Positions 51,088 to 63,605 of a stretch of DNA of 64,000 nucleotides are shown here, in pieces. This DNA comes from Cystobasidiomycetes sp. EMM_F5 (lineage: Eukaryota): the NCBI GenBank assembly GCA_051047955.1, contig JBPGPT010000002.1:992001-1056000 (forward strand), read 5' to 3'. A model generated the notes under the pieces. It did no database searches. It saw nothing but the letters and a program-made list of their open reading frames with translations, and was not told the origin of the DNA. The translations under genes were made by a program, and so were the position numbers. How positions within the stretch are numbered: the first letter of the stretch is position 1; each line of letters starts with the position of its first letter.

Positions 51088-51583
51088 AATACAAGCGGCT
51101 CAAACAGTGTTGAGGAGTTCGTGAGTCGATAAGCCCGAGTGGGATGAAGGAAGACAGGTAGCAATAGCCTGTAGCAACATCTATGTAGCGTCAGAAAGGC
51201 ACGGCTCTTCTGCTTGCTTTTGTGGGCTTTGGGCTTTTGAGTCAGTGCGGCACCTATGAGGCCGACATATTAGACAAGCAGCAAGCTGGCCAACAAAGTC
51301 AGCAAGCCGTGTGCATTAGGTTGAAATAGCTTCAGCTGTTTCACCTTGAAGAAAAGGTAGAAGAGGCATTCGGAATAAAAAACGGTGTTTGGACACCGCA
51401 ATCTGCAAAGCACGTTGGCCAGGAAGTGGGTCAGGTCCGGTCCCTTATGCATGAGAGTAGTCAGTCCACTCGGTCTACCGTACGTTGTGAGGTATTAGCT
51501 GTTTGCAAGTGCTTTCCCGGACACTGTTTGCGAATATCCAGCCTGTTGGTTAGTATTCGGCTTTGCACCAATCTTTTGCAAGC

Positions 51584-52412
51584 ATGAAGGTCTACTACCA
51601 CGACGAGTCCAGCGAGCACCCAACAGCTACGCACGACTCGACGGGCGAATATCTTTCCCTGGATGACCTGGCGCATATTGGCGTGCTGGGTTTCACCGGT
51701 CAAGACCTTTCGCAAGTTGACGCCATTGCCGAGCAGAGGGGATATGTCGCCAGAGATGAGGTGCGTACATGCATCGGTGGTGTACAGAATTGAAAAGCTG
51801 ATATTTACATGCTCTGCTCTTCTCTTCCGTCTACTGGCCATTCCGTTCGTCGTTCGCATGACCGACCACGTTCGCTGCCGCATTCTGCATATTACAAACC
51901 CAAACATATTCCACCTGACAGATCAATGTAACCAAGGAAGGGCTGGGAGACGCTTACGAGGACAAGATCAAGATGTTCTACCAGGAGCATTTACACGAAG
52001 ACGAGGAAATCCGGTACATCCGCTCTGGCTCTGGCTACTTTGACGTACGCTCAAAAGACGATTCAAGATGGATACGCATAAAGGTGCGTTGCAATCTGCT
52101 GGACACTGCTGGCGAGACTGTTATGCTGATATACTTCGTTGCGCAGGTCGAGCCGGACGACCTGATCATAGTACCAGCTGGCATATATCACCGCTTCACT
52201 TTGGATAGCCACAATGCAGTGAGAGCGATGCGTTTGTTCAAGGTGCGTCGCAACTCTTCAGATCAGCGCGCATTTTTAAGTATACTGAAATTGCCACTCT
52301 GTAACGTTGATGTCTCTCACAGCAACAACCTAAGTGGACACCGTTGACTAGACAGCCCGAACTCGATAGCAATCCCTTCCGACAGGAATATGTTGCTTCA
52401 TTGAAGACGTAA
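51584..52412 (+). CDS. ADI1: Acireductone dioxygenase (methionine salvage)
   Basis: [49 protein letters not shown]/..PKWTP; 3 introns. Confidence 0.96.
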
Positions 52413-52628
52413 CGCTCAAAAAAATTGTATTTTTCAACAAATCAATGCTAGCGATCTGGTTTACGATTCTGGCACTGTCGAATCAGATCGATCACCGTGT
52501 AGCTCGTGGAAATATGCCATGTATGCAATTGCTATCATTTACAGTTCGGCCTGATGCCAGTGCACGAGTGGTGCGGAGAAAATTGGCAACGAGGTCTTGT
52601 ATTTCTTTTTCCCTTGACATCCTTCGTT

Positions 52629-53080
52629 TCATTGTTGCGTCTGTCAAAATAACATAACGCGTCAGAAGTGCGCCATAATCAGCATGACCTGATTCAACTT
52701 ACAATGTAAACCTGGTAGAATGCGATTTTTGGAGGTTCTTTGTCCATAATGGAGTGAGTCAAGAGCATCCTTGCAGCCCATTGCACGCCAGATTTCTGCG
52801 TGCCGTCCTTGAAGCCGTAGTCTACAGTGCCGTACAGCATGATTTCCTTGTCGGGCTTTGCCCCGTTGAAGAAGGTGCCTTTGCAGATGTGTTTTCGAGT
52901 CGCGACCTTCTCCCAGCCGGTCTCGCGAAAGTTGCGGATGCCACTATGGCCTTTGTATTGCGTCGGACCCATGATCAGGGTTGCGTCTGGTGCATAGTAT
53001 GAAACGTAATCTTCATGTCCAGCGGGTCCCACATCACTGGCTGCGTAGAAAGCCTCGACAAATGCATCATGCTTCTGCAT
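52629..53080 (-). CDS. SnoaL-like / NTF2-fold small protein
   Basis: FVEAFYAASD...YVSYYAPDATLIMG....GHSGI..FR...W..V..RKH...LYGTVDY...WAAR...FYQVYI. A terminal GTAAGT intron leads to TQQ-TGA. Confidence 0.78.
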
Positions 53081-53344
53081 GGCTTCTAAGTGTTCGGAAT
53101 GGAGAGCGCTTCAGGAGCAACAGCAGATACTACTATCGATATATGCAGAAGTTGGCAGCGGGTCAGCTTCCGTTCACGTCAACAAGTTCGCGTCAAAGCC
53201 CGGTGGCGCGGAACCTACGGCATCAATATCCGCATTGGCTCGGCAGACCATTGCTTTCGCAGAGTTGGTTTCCTACCTACTGCAAGGTTTTGCTGAATAT
53301 ACTGGTTGTCGGTCAAGATCTTGCAAGGAAACTCCCCCAAAGCC

Positions 53345-54707
53345 ATGTCTTTCGACTTCTCCGCATACACAGAGACCGTGTAGGTTGGTTTCTCGGAAAG
53401 GCTAGCCGGCGCTGAGCGAGATCCAACTGTTCTGTCATCGCAGCATCAATGCTATAGGCCCTAATGCATCTCCAAGAATCAAAGAGGTGAGTCGCTCAAA
53501 GGTCTGGCTGTGCGTACTTGACTGACGGCGCCGATATTCCTGATGTATTCCGAACCCTTGCCACCCAAACTCCGCAATAATTCTGATTGTCCGCAGGTGT
53601 TCCCCATAATGATCCGCAAGATCCACGAGTTCCTCATCGAAGCAGATATCACTGTAGAGGAATGGATGGCCGCCTGCAATCTGATGGTACAAGCAGGCAA
53701 GGTTTCTTCCGATGCACGAAACGAGGTTGTGCTCGTCACCGATGTCTTCGGCATCGAGTCGTTGGTTGGTGAGTGCAACGATCGCTTGTCTACCGATGCA
53801 TATGCTGAGCGTCTGATTTTGCAGATACACTGGACCAAACCCGTCCGCAAAGGAAGGCTAAAGATCCGACTGCGAGCGTGAACGATAATGCGACCTTCTC
53901 TGCCATTCTTGGACCATTTTATAGGGCTGGAGTGCCTGTTCAGCCTAACGGAACGACTATCATTCGCCAGACCGAAGAGGGCGCTCCCTATACTCACCTA
54001 TACGGTAATATCTACGGTCACGATGGCAAGCCTCTCAAAAACGCAACAGTAGACATATGGCATGATGCAGTAAGCAGATTCAGGATTGTCAGGCGAACAT
54101 ACATTTGCTAACACTCTTATAACAGCCTGACGGCTTGTACGACTCGCAAAGCCCGGAAAAGCCCGAGTATCACTGCAGAGGACGCTTCGAAACCGATGAA
54201 AATGGCTACTATGACACCATCTGCCTCAAGCCTACTCCATATCCTATTTCGTTCGATCATCAAGCTGGGCAGTTATTGACTCTGATGGATAGACATCCAT
54301 TCCGCCCTGCACATATTCACGTAAGCCATTTTGACTAGGCCGCCTTCGATGATACTGAAGATAAATCTGAGCAGTTCTGGATCGAAGCAAAGGATCATAC
54401 CACCCTGGTGACGCAAGTCTTTGATGACCAGTCCAAGTGTACGAGATATCCGGTCTGCTTGAAAATGTTTAATGCTTACTTTGTTAACGTAGATCTTGAT
54501 GACGACTCGGTCTTCGCCGTCAAAGACAAGCTGATCGTCAAGTTCAATCCAGTCAGCGACAAGTATCAAGCACCAGCGGAATTACAAGGCAAGATGAAAT
54601 ATGAGCTCAGACAGGACTTCCACCTGCAAAAGGCGACTAAGAAGGGAGATATTCAGGTCGAAGGGACTAGCGTTGGCTTGAGTATTGTACAGAACGGTTC
54701 TGCTTAA
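53345..54707 (+). CDS. Intradiol ring-cleavage dioxygenase (catechol/hydroxyquinol 1,2-dioxygenase family)
   Basis: IHEF..E..IT.EEW, DVFGIESLV, ATFSAILGPFY, VDIWH, Fe ligands DGLYDSQ, PTPYPI and RPAHIH, TQVFD, DSVFAVK. Confidence 0.93.
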
Positions 54708-54823
54708 TTGAATAGTTATACTCAGGTTCATATGGCGTCTTTCGATGTATTGCCAATGAAGCCACTGGAACCAATACATTGTAATCGCCTGCCTCGTTAA
54801 TCTACGCATACGATACATACTGC

Positions 54824-57128
54824 TTATAGCCAAACAGCGACGCTCGCTCCGACATGCTCGTTGTCCGAACCTAATTTCACCTCATCGACGACTTTGAACC
54901 CATCTTTCGCGTGATACTGCAGTACCTGAATGAAGCCTTGTTCGCTATCTGTGAGCGTGAGGTAACTTTCGCCCGCTGGTCCGTGTTCAGGACACACCGC
55001 AATGGCATTTGCCCAACCTCCAGAAGTTCTCGTCGTGAAGCGATGCAGAGCATCTTTAGCTGGCGCAGCCAACCTACCATCAGGAGATAGTGGCCATGCC
55101 GCAACGTAGCCTTTTGTATGGGCTTCCAGACCCCTCGTAGAGCCGAAAAGCGTATCTGCGTTTGGCGAAAGGCGGACTTCGTCTGCCCAGAACAGCTTGC
55201 AGTCTCCGTCTTCCGGCAGTATATTGCATCCCTCAAGCCATTCCAACTTGCTACCATCGGGCGAGAGTTGCAGGACGTCAATGTACTATACACAGATGCA
55301 AATTAGGTGGAATAATGCTTGAAGGACTATTCTGTACTGACAGATGAATGCTCCTGGAGCGAGTAAACGATGGTTCCGTTCGGATGCGGCCACGCATGAC
55401 GTGGACCGTCGTGCAAGCGTTTTGCGATATTTTTCGAGCCTTCCGTTAGAAGTCCAGTCGTGGTGTCGACATGATATAGCCATACACAATTTCGACCACT
55501 GTTATGTTTTGATATTCAAGTCGCGCCGGCGTACTCCTCTTCCTATCAGACTTACATATCAGCCACGTAAAGCTTGGTGCCATCCGGGGACAGATCGCAA
55601 CTCTGCGGAAAATATGCGGTCAGCTAGTTTAGCAACAGTCGCGTCGACCACTTACATGACCGCCGTGTCTGAGTCCCCCGAAATCCATTTGTGACATGCC
55701 TTTATGGCGGTCCTGCTCAGCTACAAGCGAGAAGCTTTGTACGGCAGGTTGTTGCAGCAGACTTCCTGTCTCTTTGTCGACCAGGAAAACATCAATTTGC
55801 GGACCACATGCCGAATACATGGCTTTGCTATTTGAGCAGACGTAGCCGGATAGATGCGTGCTAGGAATACTACTTTGGAGTTTGGGTGTTGGGTACGGAA
55901 TACTCTGCGTGGCCGGCACTATGTCGTAGGATGCCACAGTTGGCGGGGTCGTCCAGGCCGTTGTGTAAAGCGATTTGCCATTGGGGGAGACATCAAGCCA
56001 GGAGTGGCCGCCGGTAGCTTTGCTGGTGTGCACGAGCTTCAACTGCCGGCTTTTGACAGAGAACGTGAGGGTGAACAGATATGGAGAGCGGAATGTTCCG
56101 AGGAGAATGAAGTATGTGCTGGCATGGATAGTAATATTAGCAACCACCCATTCGCGTCTGCAAGGAGAAATAACTTTAATCACCTACGATTGACTCAAAA
56201 AGCCGAGCAGAGCCTCCGCGACCTGTTCCGGAGCTTCGGTCGCGCCCCAATGACCGACGTTCTTGAGTATGACACTCTCGCCCCGCCCTTCCGGAACAGC
56301 CGTAGCCCAAGATTGGACAGCTTCTGGTCCGCAAAGGTAGTCTTCTTCTCCTCCGATTATGGATAAAGCTACTTCCAAATTCTTTGGATCTATATGAGGT
56401 GCAGTTGCTAAAGCCAGACATGCTGCAGCATACGCCTTGGGATTTGTAGATGCTACCATATGCCTAATGAAAGCCTTGACGGTTGGATTGGTTTCTTGGC
56501 AGACTTTGCTGACAGCGGTGGAAGCGACAGTGTTTGCGACCTGGCTCAAGCCACTCAATGTGGCTGCCAAGGCCGCTCTCTTGCGCATATTGTCGCATGC
56601 TGCTGGCGGTAGATTTCGGACTGGATGAACGAGGATGAGCTTTTCTACTATCTTAGGATGTCGCTCGGCGAAGAGGGAGGTTACGATCTATTGAATGACT
56701 GTCAGCTACTTGTCTCGTATCGAATCAAGCGGGTATGCTCACGCCATTCATTGAATGTCCCATCAGGACGATCCTTGAGAGGCCAAGGACGGATAGGATA
56801 TCTTCGAGATCCGAGACAAGATCATCTATAGACAGGTCGAGACGTCCAGAAAAATCGCTTAGACCATGACCATCAAAATCGTATGCTACTATCCGACGTG
56901 TTTTGGCAAGACCCGAAGCGTAGATAGCGGGTAGCCAGTAGCTTGCGGTACTTCACGACCCAACATCAGTGCATGTCGGCCGCTTCCATTCTTGTCATTG
57001 TCAACCCACCCTCCCAGTCCATGAACGGCTACTATCGGCATTACGTTGCTGTTGACTTCCGGCTGCGACTCGACATAGTGAATCTTGCGACCGCTGGCCG
57101 GCAATGTCAAGAATTGGCTGTTGAACAT
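54824..57128 (-). CDS. Predicted fusion: N-terminal alpha/beta hydrolase (3-oxoadipate enol-lactonase-like) plus C-terminal beta-propeller muconate cycloisomerase
   Basis: Hydrolase half VHGLGG, GHSMNG, YAAACLAL, IIGGEEDY, VGHW..E. Propeller half ILLGTFRSPYLFTLTF, TGGHSWLDVSP, DFGGLRHGGH, FWADEVRLS, TSGGWANAI resembles Trichosporon cutaneum muconate lactonizing enzyme. Joined in frame by intron 56119-56187. Confidence 0.78.
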
Positions 57129-57363
57129 ATTCGACTCTTAAAACCAGATTGAAACTTGGAAAAGCAAAGCCGAGCAGCGCTACAAAGACTTTCGCAAGCA
57201 ACGTCGTACGCGATCAACGTCCGTGCATGTCCGGTACCTGAGAAATATAGGTGCGAGACGATGGTTTGCATTTGCGCTATATGATGCAATATCCTAGCTA
57301 TACGGGTACATGCGGGTTAGGGCACCTTTTGTCGGCTGGCTCCGAGACGCTGCAATCCATAAA

Positions 57364-57901
57364 TTACGAATCTTTCGGAGTCTGCCATCGAAAGAAAGAT
57401 CCGAATACAGCGGTGGAGAGAGTAGCAAGACTCAGCAAATGCCTGTTATATTGCAGATGCACTTTCAACTCACGTCAGGTTGTCCTGGGATACGCGCGGT
57501 GCCGAAAGCATCTGTTTGAGAGAAGGATGAATTGTGGTCAGACGCGCAGAACTCCGAAAGAAGCGGCAGTATTGAACGTACCGGCTTTTCCAGCAGACTT
57601 GTTGCTGATTTCGGTGATGCCAATATTGGAGGTCGGCGCATCTTTCTCGACCGGGGCATCAAGAGGGTCTACGCCTTTGCGGCCAGTAGCATTCTCTGCG
57701 CCGAGACCTTGGGCTAGCGAGTATTACAATCCACCATTAGCTATGAGTATGGACTGTGTGCATCTTCGAGACTCTGGCCTACCCTCTGCTTGTTGCTTCA
57801 CGAAGCTTTCTGCTGGCTGAAAACATGCATGCACATCAGCCAATCTTCTGAACAACTGCTTTGACTGGACAGACCTTTTGTCCTCCAGGCGTTTTCGACA
57901 T
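57364..57901 (-). CDS. Small hydrophilic protein, about 82 aa, 5 exons (not recoverable from the ORF track)
   Basis: Four GT-AG introns keep one frame: MSKTPGGQK/PAESFVKQQAE/AQGLGAENATGRKGVDPLDAPVEKDAPTSNIGITEISNKSAGKA/DAFGTARIPGQPD/TPKDS-TAA. Good start context AAAATGT. Confidence 0.62.
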
Positions 57902-58122
57902 TTTGTATGATTTTCGAGGATGGAACAGGCAAAAAGGCTCCAGCAAGTTTTGTCTTGCCAGCTGGAGACGCCTGGTCCGCCACTTCTCGATGACCCTCGC
58001 AAGGCAATGACGTAGAAGGAATTTGTTGCTGCATATCTACGTCTCAAGCCCGCAAGTACTGCCGGAGCACAATTGACAGCACGAGTACAACAATTGACAC
58101 ACACAACACCTTGTCAAGCTAA

Positions 58123-59691
58123 TCAGGGAGCTTTAACACTGGTAAGATCCTTTCCAACCTTGTAATTCGCGACTTTGGCCCAATCCATCTTTTGCCTTGT
58201 AATCTGCGAACGATGTACGTTTCTTTAGCTACTCTGTCAGCTTCATTAACGAGAATCCATCCACGCACAGGCAGAGCTCTTCGCAAGCTGCGGAATGTCT
58301 TTTCACTCAATTCTCGATAAGCTTCGTTCAACTCCAGCTGGTACTCCTCCTCCGCTTTGCTAATGACCTTGATTACTGCTTTGGCGATATCCTGAGGTGA
58401 TGAAGCTACAGTGATGCTGTCCGGTAGCGACAGAGACGGCTTGACATTTGTCGCCAATTGTACGTTCCCTTGTTCGAAGAAGTGAACATTTATTTGTATG
58501 TGACCGCTCAATTCTGCTTTGCTGCCCGACATGTCTAATGTGTACGCAGAACGCCAACGCCCAGTCCTTGACAATGTCGAGGCGTCAGCACTAAAAGTCA
58601 GCGGCAGGCCGCAATTTGTGAATGCTTACCAATAGTTTGATGGGTTATACTTGTTGCCAACAAAATATAACGAGAAGTGTAATGGTAGTGGGTCTTTGAG
58701 TTCTTCTTGTTCCTCTTGTTCAATCTCTTGCATTTGTGGTGCTGGCGCAGTCGTCGCGGCCTCCTTTTCCGCAGAAACAGCTGGTATCTCAACGCCTTCT
58801 TCTGCTTCGATAGTTTCAGCCTCGACGGCACTCGGCGTGTTTGCGGTGTGCATGTCTACATCGTCCGTGGCGACGATGGATTCTGCACCACCAATTTCTG
58901 CGACCTGTGAGGGTGGGCCTGCCGAGTCCGAACTGGATGCTTCCGATACTACAGGAGGAGCGGAGCTGACAGCAGCTTGATCATTCTCGATGATTGCTTC
59001 CGCATCTTCCGCAGACTCTGCAGCTGCTTTCTGTGTCGCACTGACTGGCTCAGCAGCGTGAACTTCCGGCGCCTGTTTGACCGGCTTTGGCTTTTTGAGT
59101 CTAGTTTGATGGGTTGTGAAGACCTTGCTGACGCCTTCTGTAAGATGCTCTTTGGCATATGATTGCGCAGCTTGTTCCAGAGCCGTTCGTGTAGTCTCGC
59201 AAGCGGAGTCCACCTCAAGGTCAATGGGGTCACTCGCAGTCAGACGAAGATGGTCGAAAACCCAGCTCTTCGCGCCGCGTGGCTCAATGAACCGCTCAGG
59301 AGAGTCAGTCGTTTTGCCAGCTTGGCATATAAGGAGCTGCGACATTGAATACACAGCCAGCCGATAAGTGGCTTTCAGCCGCTCGTTGCTAACGGATTAG
59401 ACAAAGCCTGCGCACCTGTTCATGATCAGGCAGCTGGGCAACAATGTACTGTTCCACGTTGTACTGCTCAAGCGCTGGAAGGATACCCGTTTCGAGAGCG
59501 TCATCGTCCCCGACCAGCGCGCGAATGTCGTTGCTGTTGTAACCAATTCCCGCGACACAGATGCTCGTCAGGACGAGTCACAGACGTACTACGGCAGCGC
59601 TGGCAACCCACAAGACATCGTTGACTTCTCCCGGCGGACTCTGAAGAATGCAAGCCGATGCACAGGCCAGTCGCGCTTCGAGGCTCGTCAT
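58123..59691 (-). CDS. CAP1: F-actin capping protein alpha subunit
   Basis: ILQSPPGEVNDV, FDHLRL, VGNKYNPSNYW/TGRWRS, VHFFEQGNVQL, TFRSLRRALP/.TRQKMDW. Long acidic insertion. Confidence 0.95.
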
Positions 59692-60290
59692 GTTTTGACA
59701 ACCAGGCAGGTAGCGGGACAGGCAGGATCACAGAGTATTATGCAGCAGAGTAGGCTGATGTTATCGAGTGTCAACGCGACACATAGACGAACTGCTGGAG
59801 ACTGTGACCGATCGTTCATTAGATGGCATATCGCTCAAGCTGACTGGATTTCAATAGAATGTTGCACTGATAGACATTCGCACCGTGTTGATCGCTAATG
59901 ACCGACTTCCTGGCCTGGCCGTTTCTCGAATGGACACATCGCATGCTGACCGGGATGCGCAGATCCCCGCATTTGCCCGACTTACTTACGCATGGCCGAC
60001 ACAGCTCCCTCGACGTGACCACACTCACTCACAATGTCTGTGTTCCTGTGCAGAAGTGATTGCCCCGTTCCCCGCTACAATTTCCCGCCCGGGTGAAGTC
60101 CGTACTGTGGCAGTGTGAATCCTTAGAAGCACCCATACGCGGGGACATCACCGCAAGAAATTTAGGGTGCTGCCAGAGGCGACTCGATGATAGCTGCCTG
60201 CATCCGAAGTCTGTCTCCGGACATCTGATTTGGACCAAGCGATCCAATTGTCCGTTCCTCCTACACCATCCTATCTTTGCGTGCAACGAG

Positions 60291-61018
60291 ATGGCAGCCG
60301 CACATCTAGCTCCACTTGGTCAAGCTCATGCTATGGCAGCTCGAGGTATCGCAGTAGCTGGACTGCGTGCGCGTGCATCAGGTTAGCTGAAATCTCATGC
60401 TACTAATAGTTAGCTAACCTGCGACTCGCAGTCAACGAGCGAGCACCGCAAGTGGTGGCCGAGCCTACTCTCTCAGCGGTCGCACAGACATTGACTGCCT
60501 CTGGTGTTGCTGTCGCTTCGAGCTTGACAGTCAGTGACGGCGGAGACGGGATGATTTCTGCATATGCGAGTGGTCCTGGCGCGACTCCTAGCTATACCAA
60601 CCTTGCCGCTGCGATCCAGGCAAACCCACAGATCTTGAACGATCCAAGCGTATCAAGCGCGTTAGCCAATGCTCTCGGTTACACCGCTTCAGCAGCGACA
60701 AGTACTGCCAAGCATCGCAATAAAGGTGCAGCGTCAAAGACGACTTCTATTGCTCCGTTGGATGCAGACAGTACTACTTCCGCACCCAAAGTCTCGTCTG
60801 GCTCTTCCGACACGATGACGGATACTGACTCTGATGCATCCACAACCACTGGTCTGTCTGGGTCGGTCAGCGGGACAGACACGGATTCAGATTCCGATTC
60901 CGATATGGCCACCAGCACGAGCAGTAGTCCCTCAGGCAATGGAGGTTTCCGCATGACCCCCAAGTTTGGGTGGCTTTCTGCTGCATTGCTAGCAGCCGGT
61001 TACTTTGCGTCGTTGTGA
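60291..61018 (+). CDS. Ser/Thr/Ala-rich probable GPI-anchored cell-surface protein (5' end uncertain)
   Basis: S/T/D-rich body ending SGNGG-FRMTPKFGWLSAALLAAGYFASL, an omega-site plus hydrophobic tail pattern. Signal-peptide exon not resolved. Confidence 0.65.
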
Positions 61019-61351
61019 GCGACGGTTCTTTGCTTTTCAGTAACGGATAGCGAGTAATCGCGAAGACTGCGACCGAAGACTGCGACTGTTGTAGCATCAA
61101 TGCCACTGGCTTTCGTTTGATCTACGTGGTCGTCGGAATTTTCGTGTCACTTTTTCGCGTGGGGGACTTCAGAGTCATCAGGGATCCGTCAAATTTACGA
61201 AAAGCGAGACCGTGCCATTCCGCGACGTTGTAGCCATGCTTGATGAGCTCGTACATGCCAGTCTGAGTACTGCACACTGCTGTCCATGACCAGGCTACTG
61301 CCGCCGCTACTATCGTGACGGGCTCGCAGTCGCGTGCCCAGCTCTGACAGC

Positions 61352-63471
61352 ATGTCGGGCGCCGTGCCGCAAACGTCAATATCGATACTGGATGCCCGCC
61401 TCAAGCTGCTCAGCATACCTCGGTCATGCCTGCAGACTTACATGCACGCCATAGTCCGCTGCCTCGTCTTTCGCGATAAGCTCTCGTCACACCGGCGGTA
61501 AATAGATCCACTTGCTCCTGGAAACACGTCTCGCATGCTGAAACTAGCGGTCATGTCATTACTGCATCTCCAGGAAAGACCCATTCTTCCACCTCTCGTT
61601 AAATGCTGTCGAGCTTTCGATTTTTGCAGATGCCGACCTTATTGACGAGGCTTTTGGCCGATCTATCAGCAACGACCCTGACGCGGAAGCTCTCGAAACC
61701 TCCGAAGATATTTGGATTGCTCTGCAAGTGGAACAGCATGACGACAACGCCGGCGGGCGAGTTCGCGACATCTCAGCCCCCTTGGCTGCCGAGGGGATCA
61801 GCATTCTCTTTCTGTCTACATATATTTCTGATGTAAGCAGTGTCCCGCTGATGACAGCGTGACAGTGTACTAATTGGGGAGTTTGCATCATTCGACAGTT
61901 TCTCTTGGTCAAAGAACGCCGGCTGGAGCTAGTCACCACTATCCTACAACGCGAGCAATTCTTCACTCCGGAGGAAGTTGAGGTAACATCACCTCCGCCC
62001 CATGCCCATTCTTCGACTACTCTGTCACACGCCAGAACATTCACGCAGTCACTGCGCGGCCCCTCTCCGTCTGATGCGATGGCCAAACGCGGTACCCAAC
62101 TTGACGCCATGTCCCCGACTAGTATGAGAAGCCAAAGCATAGATTCGGGCCTTTCTTCCCGTCCTCCATATGCGCGACAGATAACTCAATCGAACTTGTC
62201 AAACTCACGTCCGACCTCAGCTCTCGATAATTACGCAAACGTATCGGTTACGCCCATCGTGACTCTCAGTGCGGGCTCGACACCTGAATCTAACGGCTTG
62301 CCCGATTTGTCGGCTAGTGAAGACATTGATACTGCTCAAAGTCAGCCGCGATCGTACGAGCTTATGCAAGAGTCGATATTATCAGAGAGCAGCACGGGCA
62401 GTGGCATATTCGACAAGATTCAGCTGCTTCCCGACGAGCTTGTCTGCGTAGGACTCAGCCTCGCACACGAAAAGCATTGGCGTACAAAGATTGTGCACGC
62501 GCTTTACTATCCGCACGACGTGATGCCGCGTCCGGGTGACAATCGCAGGCGAGTCCGGCGCCGTCCTCGCAGCAGCACACATACCTCTACGGAAAGCGAT
62601 GATGTCACGTCTGATCAGGACTACCTTGACAATGATAATTCTGACAATGAGGCGGTGGAAGAGCCAGGCGATAGCAAAATCACAATATCAGGTCTCACCC
62701 TCGATGATGGCGAGCACCCATACTCTGCAACGCCGAAACCGAAGCACCCTTCTCTCAGTAGACTTGCCTTGAAGCGGACTGCCACCACCTCATCGCAAAG
62801 CTCCGCAGGATCACCGATGGTAGTGCGAAGGACCAAAGAAGCGCCTTACCCTGTGAGTGTAAACAACTGCTTTCAGCCCCAGCATCCGTCTAATGTACGC
62901 ATGCTTGCGGCGCACCAGATTCCCTTCCTATCGCTTACTCTGACTGTTGAAGGCGGTTCTTTGATAGCCGACATCAGGTTGATGAGGGCGCTGTTTGATG
63001 AGCAGGAGGAGAGTATGGTGTTTGCATCAGGTCAAGGCGGGCTTGTAGAATTGTGGGCTGGAGAAGACGACAACTTCGACGACGACGATATGGCGAGTCC
63101 AACGCGGGAGCGGTATACTCGTGTGGGCGACACGCCGAAGGATGCCTCGGATGAGTGGGAGAAGGTCGATCAGGAAGAGGAGTCTCAGGACGATGCGGAG
63201 ACTGAGGGCAGAAGTCTGTACAAATGCCTACAGCTCGATCTATCGAGTTTTGGACTGGAAAAGGCGGGCTTAGCCCACCAGTTTGCTGGCTTGCTAACAA
63301 AGGAGGACATTAACTTGCTATATTCATCTACGTATAGGCGAGTATACAGATGAAGGCGAGGCTGTGTTACTCGAGTGCTAACGTTGAACGGTACACAGGA
63401 CTGCTAACATCTTGGTTGCGAAGAAGCACATTCGCAAAGCCAGACGCGCGCTCGAGGCGAATTCAAAGTAA
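61352..63471 (+). CDS. CASTOR/GATS-like ACT-domain protein with long disordered insertions
   Basis: PFFHLSLNAVELSIFAD, WIALQV, ISAPLAAEGISILFLSTYISD/FLLVKE, PFLSLTLTVEGGSLIAD, CLQLDLSSFGLEKAGL, INLLYSSTYR/TANILV. Confidence 0.82.
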
Positions 63472-63605
63472 TGTAGGTGGTGAATATTTAGTCAATACAG
63501 CCCGACTCTCAGTCGCAGATGTTTGTAGTAGCTTGTCGTTGTTATACATTATCAGATCTCATTCTTTCGAGTGGACATTACCATGCTGATACTTGACATG
63601 CGCCA

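Noticed and set aside
51761..51920. Unusually long (about 160 nt) first intron of ADI1 as a snoRNA host
   Set aside because: No convincing C/D or H/ACA box arrangement found.
55629..56183. Independent muconate cycloisomerase gene starting at 56183
   Set aside because: That start is GTG directly after the upstream stop and lies inside a well-formed intron; the nearby ATGs are out of frame.
57225..57300. CTGAGA motif suggesting a TPP riboswitch
   Set aside because: The downstream conserved aptamer elements are absent and neighbouring genes are unrelated to thiamine.
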